Shown here: positions 59,324 to 64,000 of the stretch, piece by piece | Numbering within the stretch: the stretch's first letter is position 1 | How the letters are laid out: every line of letters begins with the position of its first letter | Assembly (NCBI GenBank): GCA_040954595.2 | Contig: CM082598.2 | Span: 7,951,097 to 8,015,096, forward strand | Source: Balanoglossus misakiensis | Taxonomy: Eukaryota; Animalia; Hemichordata | Direction of reading: 5' to 3' | DNA length: 64,000 nt | Notes under the pieces: generated by a model | Told to the model about the DNA's origin: nothing | The model's input: only the letters and a program-made list of their open reading frames with translations | The model's database searches: none | Made by a program: the position numbers and the translations under genes

Positions 59324-61671
59324 ATGCAACCCAAATCATATATCGACATAGCGCTCGAGTGTGCTGGCAGAGGAAACCTAACCCTCAGAGAATATCAGAA
59401 GACAACAATACAGAGTTATATGGATCGTAAAGACGTCTTCGTGTGCGCACCGACAGGCAGCGGAAAATCGCTAACTTACGAACTTGCGCCGTTTTGTTTT
59501 GTTTATCGACGTTTCGGCCAAGTCAAAAGGCAACCGGACACGATAATAGTGATTATTTCTCCACTAATTGCACTGATGAAGGAGCAAGTTCAAAAGCTGA
59601 CTGATAGGGGGCTGAAGGCTGTGTATATAAGCGAGCCAAAAGTCGACATGTCTGGAGTAAAGTCAGGGAAATACAATTATGTATTCGGTTGTCCCGAAGC
59701 GTTCCTGACGCAACATCGGTCGCTTTTACTGTCCAAGACTTATCAAGATCGAGTTGGAGCAATATTTGTCAATGAAAGCCATTGTATCAAAAAATGGTAA
59801 GTGTTTTTTTTTCTTCCAGTTACAGTCTACTCATAAAATGTGCCCCACCTGTATGTGTCGCTTTTGCAACAAATTCAGTTAATAGCTCCGAGCGCGCGTG
59901 TCGTATCATTGTTGACATATATCATCTGCAACTTAGTTGTTAAACCTTTGCTGTTAAATAAATATTAACGTATTTAACGTCGACTGTGTGTGGCCCAGAA
60001 GCGTAAGCGCAGTTCTTCGTAGTGACTAGACTGCTGCGTTAACGAGCGTGTTTTTTATACCACTGTACCGGAAATGGGCCACAAGAAGACGATAGTAAAT
60101 TTGACCTTACGACCCATGACCCTTGTTCCAGTTTTCGAAAAATTACCGTAACATATGCATGATTAAAAATATTAACCTGTCATACACGTTCCATGATTAG
60201 ATTTGAAACAATCAGACAACTCAAATCTTACTTTGCAATGTTTCTTTTTATTTGCAAGGGAAAACAATCGCGCAGTGGTGAAAAGGCTTTCAGACAACAA
60301 TACGGTCAGCTGGGTCAACTGAGGTCACTCCTTACAACTAAAGTACCCGTCATTACGCTGACTGCAACCGCATCAGTCGAGACAAGACAAGTAATCATCC
60401 AAGACCTGTGCATGCAGGGATGTGAACTAATCCTGGAAAACACCAACAAAGAGAACATTAGGTACAGTGTAATCCGTACAGACAGTGACCTAGAGACACT
60501 ATTTAAGTGGTTGCTTGATGAACTGAAACTAAAACAGAAGGAAACCCCTCGTGTAATCATTTTTTGCCGGCGTAGACGACATTGTGCTGAATTGTTTGAA
60601 CTTTTCTCCTTGAGACTTGCACACAGTGCTTACCATAATTACAATGCCAGCTGCCACAATGATCATCGCAACCGTTACTTTGCGATGTTTCATTCCAAAA
60701 CTGATGAGGTAATCAAAGAATCAATAATATCATCGTTTCAAGACCCAGAAGGGGTAGTGAGGGTGGTTTTCACAACATCTGCCTTTAGCATGGGGATGGA
60801 TTTGAAGAATATTTCTCAAGTTATCCATTTTGGACCATCAAATGATGCTGATGATTATATACAAGAGACTGGTAGGGTTGGTAGGGACAGTAATGTACAG
60901 AGTAGTGCTGTTTTATTATTGTATAAAGGTTGTATGAGGAGCAACAATATTGACAAATCTATGAGAGATTACTCAAATAACAGTACAAAATGTCGTCGTA
61001 AACTCCTACTTCAACAATTCCAAGAAGATCCACAATCTCTTGTTGTTTTACATGCTTGTTGTGACATTTGCAGTAAATCATGTAGGTGTATGTGTCCTTG
61101 TGAAGATGTTGAATTTTGTCATTGCTCTATTGTCTGTGTTTCTTCAGATATGTACATGTCAAAAGCTGAACGAGAGTTGCGAGCCTTGTCAGAAAGACAA
61201 ATGCAAGACAGGGAACATTTCAAACAGTTGAGTGTGAAGCATAACGTATCACAAAAACAAAGGTCACTTTTTCATACTGAGCTGAATGATTACAGAGATA
61301 GTTTGCTGATAGAGATCGATGGGAATTGCATAGTAACAGCAGATATTGCTACTGGGTTTTCCTCTGCCCTTGTTCATAACCTTGTAAAATATAGTCAGTA
61401 TATTGACAGTAAGGAAATGTTAGAGAAACATTTTCCCTTTTTTTCTTGTGAACATGTTTCTTATGTATGGGATTTATTCTGTGAGATACTTGACATTAGT
61501 TCTCTTGAGTCTCAAAATTTTGATGATTGTATTAACGAAATATGTATGGAAGATAATCTGACTAATTTATCTGTAGATGAGGATGTTATTGATAGTGATG
61601 ATGAAGATCTGATGTTTGCTTACAGGTCTAGGCGTCCTCAGATTGTTAGCGACTCTGAAGATGAATATTAA
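59324..61671 (+). CDS. RecQ-like SF2 helicase of AcademH, two exons (59324-59796 and ~60258-61671); possibly defective
   Basis: LREYQ, VFVCAPTGSGKSL (Walker A), ISPLIALMKEQV, FVNESHC (motif II with D>N), donor TG|GTAAGT, FRQQYGQLGQLRS, LTATA, VIIFC, FHS, TSAFSMGMD, YIQETGRVGRD, CRRKLLL...CCDIC (RQC zinc), acidic tail. Confidence 0.88.
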
Positions 61672-62220
61672 AAGTTATTTATTGCTTGACAGCAAGACAA
61701 TTTCTACTCTGGTTTGTCTTTTATTTATTATCACCATTATAATAAGCTCAGTGGCAGCTGTCGCTATGTAATTGCTTTGTGGAGAACAATGGAATGTACA
61801 CATTAACCTCACTTCCTCCTCGTACTCCCAAGCACACATAAAACTCAAGTCCACACACAGATGTTGGATTTACATTGGGGGTAAACTTTAATATATCACA
61901 TGGACCGTAGTCCCTAACACTATGAACCCCCTTCCCCTGCAATATGTTAAAGCAGGCCTGTCAATCACTAAAAAATTTACATTAAATTACATTTAATAGC
62001 TATACCTTTTTATAATTGTAAATACAATGAGATCTGATAGACATAAACTGCAACACAAACAATGCTTTGATAAATAAACACACAAACAGAAATATGCAAA
62101 TATATGCTGGTTTTAAAGTTTTTATGCTTCCAGCAATAAATTTGCAGCTGCTATGAACTAACCCAGAATTCCCCACTTCAGTCATTAATACTCCTGCTTC
62201 AATGTCACTTTCCTATCTCT

Positions 62221-63949
62221 TCAGTAGAAATGCTTTGATGAAAATGTCTGCAAGCTCCTTTTCATCCAATTCTTGAATGCTTTCATATCTAGCAATTCAA
62301 GAATGTTTGCTGGCATCTTTTCAAAAGCCTTATGCTTTCGTGCAGGCTTCGATGCAAACAATTCTGCCTGGTGGAATTGCTGTACCAGTGTAAGAACGTC
62401 TTCTGTTGTGTTACCTTGTGTGTGCCTTCCTGATGGTCGTCGTACCTGCGTTTCCTTGTCATACTTTTTTGTTACTGACTCTGTAATGTTCTGGCTGAGG
62501 GCGACTCTGTTGATTGTTCTCTGTGTGATGTCACCCCTAAAGCTATGTACATCAGTTTTGAATGTTTTATTGTCGTGTTCAATGTCCAAATCCATGGGGT
62601 GATTTGTGTCAACCTTTCCTTGCCAATTCACACTTCTGTTCCACGTCAACTGATACACCTTCCTTGGAGTTAGCAAGCAATTGACCTGAGCCAGTAATTC
62701 CAAAGTAGCATAGGCATATTTGGGGCAGCTTGACACTTTGTAGTACAAATAAAGAAATTTGCACAGACGCACGATTCTCCCCCCATCTCCCATATGTATA
62801 GCATTGTTGTGGTCACGGCGGAGCAGACACAACATCAATGTATTCCGTGTGTAGTTCAGCACCCGATCATCCTGCAGACTCTGCTCCTCTTCTTCAGCAT
62901 ATTCTTCATGTAGCCTTTCATGTTTCTTCAAATTTCCTTGCCGAACATACTCGCGGTCACAGTATCTGCATCTATACTTGCTCCTTGGACACTCTAATTT
63001 TGGGACATCACTAACCACATATGTCTTCACAAACTTTCTCGCTTCAGACATAATGTAGTCTTTCTTCTCACCGTTAGAATCAGGATTGCCTGTAAAATGT
63101 TAAACAAAGAAAAATTAATTTGATTATGAATAAAATGACCACAGTATTTGAGTCAATGTCATGATCATCATCATCTTATTATCTCTATAGTTTTCATATC
63201 ATAAGGTGGGATTTGCCTTGACCTACTGAAACACAGGTTATGATACTTGCCTTCAAACACATTACATGATGGTGTGCCTTTCACATCAGCCATACCAAAA
63301 TGCTCCAGGGCACCAGTAACCAGGTATGCATCAGTGTATTTGTCGAGAAGCTCTGCAGAAGCATAGTAATTCTTTGATGGATCACTTGTGACATTTCGTG
63401 AATTGATGGCATTTCTTGCTGCATACAAAGTCCCAATATCCGGACTAGAACTTGTGGAATACAAATGGTTCCAAATAACCTGTTTAAAATACCAAACAAT
63501 ACAGTGATTATGTAATCAATATTTTATCATCAATCAACTCTCTAACTGTGTGGGTTGTAAAATCCAACTTAATACGCAGTTGGATTTTAACAATGAAAAC
63601 CCACACAATTATTTATTAAACATGATTGTGCACACAAAAGTATTATTCGTCTGTTACCGGATAAATTCTAGGTTTGTTTAAAGTCTCACCTTCTTCCACT
63701 CTGCTTGGGCATGGAAGTCTTCAAGTTTTGGTATTAGGCCCTCCAATCGAGTACTTGGACTTCTCCCATCTTTTTTAGTGGACTGTGCCTCCTTGTGACG
63801 TTCAAATGTGAGATAGTCACCTCCACTTAATACCTTAACAGGCTCCATATCATCATCATTATGCCCAGGAACAAAGGTGTGCAGAAACTCTACAATGTCA
63901 ATCATGTCGTCTCCATATTGTTATTCTTGGCAAGAATTCCAAGGTGCTC
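62221..63949 (-). CDS. Academ-type (DUF6589-like) transposase, last three exons (63690-63949, 63251-63479, 62221-63089); apparent 1-bp frameshift near 63922
   Basis: LGILAKN/QYGDDMIDI, GGDYLTFERHKEAQ...RLEGLIPKLEDFHA, GTLYAARNAINSRNV, AYLVTGALEHFGM, DRVLNY...AIHMGDGGRIVR, KYAY...LTWNRSVN..G....PMDLDIEHDNK. Splice sites are phase-compatible. Confidence 0.88.
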
Positions 63950-64000
63950 CTGTATTAAAATGAAAATCAACAGAACAATAAAGTGAGTGGGTTTGTTTAA

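Larger units (their letters stand above)
58908..64000. mobile_element. AcademH-type DNA transposon (left end at 58908; continues beyond the window)
   Basis: A TAGACTAG terminus with subterminal inverted repeat ACTAGTCGCTTGG (58919-58931) / CCAAGCGACTAGT (59089-59101). A RecQ-like helicase gene is convergent with an Academ-type transposase gene. Confidence 0.85.

Noticed and set aside
59324-61671. Host RecQ/WRN/BLM orthologue
   Set aside because: Compact two-exon structure, no recognisable host-type accessory domains, and location beside an Academ transposase and TAG terminus favour a transposon helicase.

Overview
AT-rich eukaryotic genomic DNA, probably from a marine invertebrate animal (inferred from spliceosomal introns and the transposon repertoire). 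It consists almost entirely of mobile elements and repeats. Best-supported features: (1) a 1474-bp-period A-B-A-B-A-B-A tandem array (4747-10212) amplifying a pseudogenised Roco/COR-type C-terminal exon; (2) a decayed THAP + DDE (ISL2EU/Harbinger-type) transposase; (3) a decayed Tc1 transposase with DD42(E) spacing, split by a TTAA-flanked palindromic MITE; (4) a 402-bp near-perfect palindrome with a 9-bp TSD; (5) two phase-compatible exons of an unidentified minus-strand gene whose intron holds a MITE with four CTCF-like motifs; (6) an intact BEL/Pao LTR retrotransposon with identical LTRs (40754-47515); (7) a 9-bp-TSD foldback element with a nested MITE and a Penelope-like RT fragment; (8) a 127-bp satellite with a 6-mer higher-order repeat; (9) the left part of an AcademH transposon (RecQ-like helicase plus convergent multi-exon transposase) running off the window end. 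The most unusual cross-cutting signal is four hairpins with little sequence similarity that share tandem GA/GA mismatches, three of them also with cGNAg loops, suggesting selection for strand-specific ssDNA folding. No rRNA, tRNA or CRISPR array was recognised. All family assignments are from motif recognition by eye; no database searches were run.
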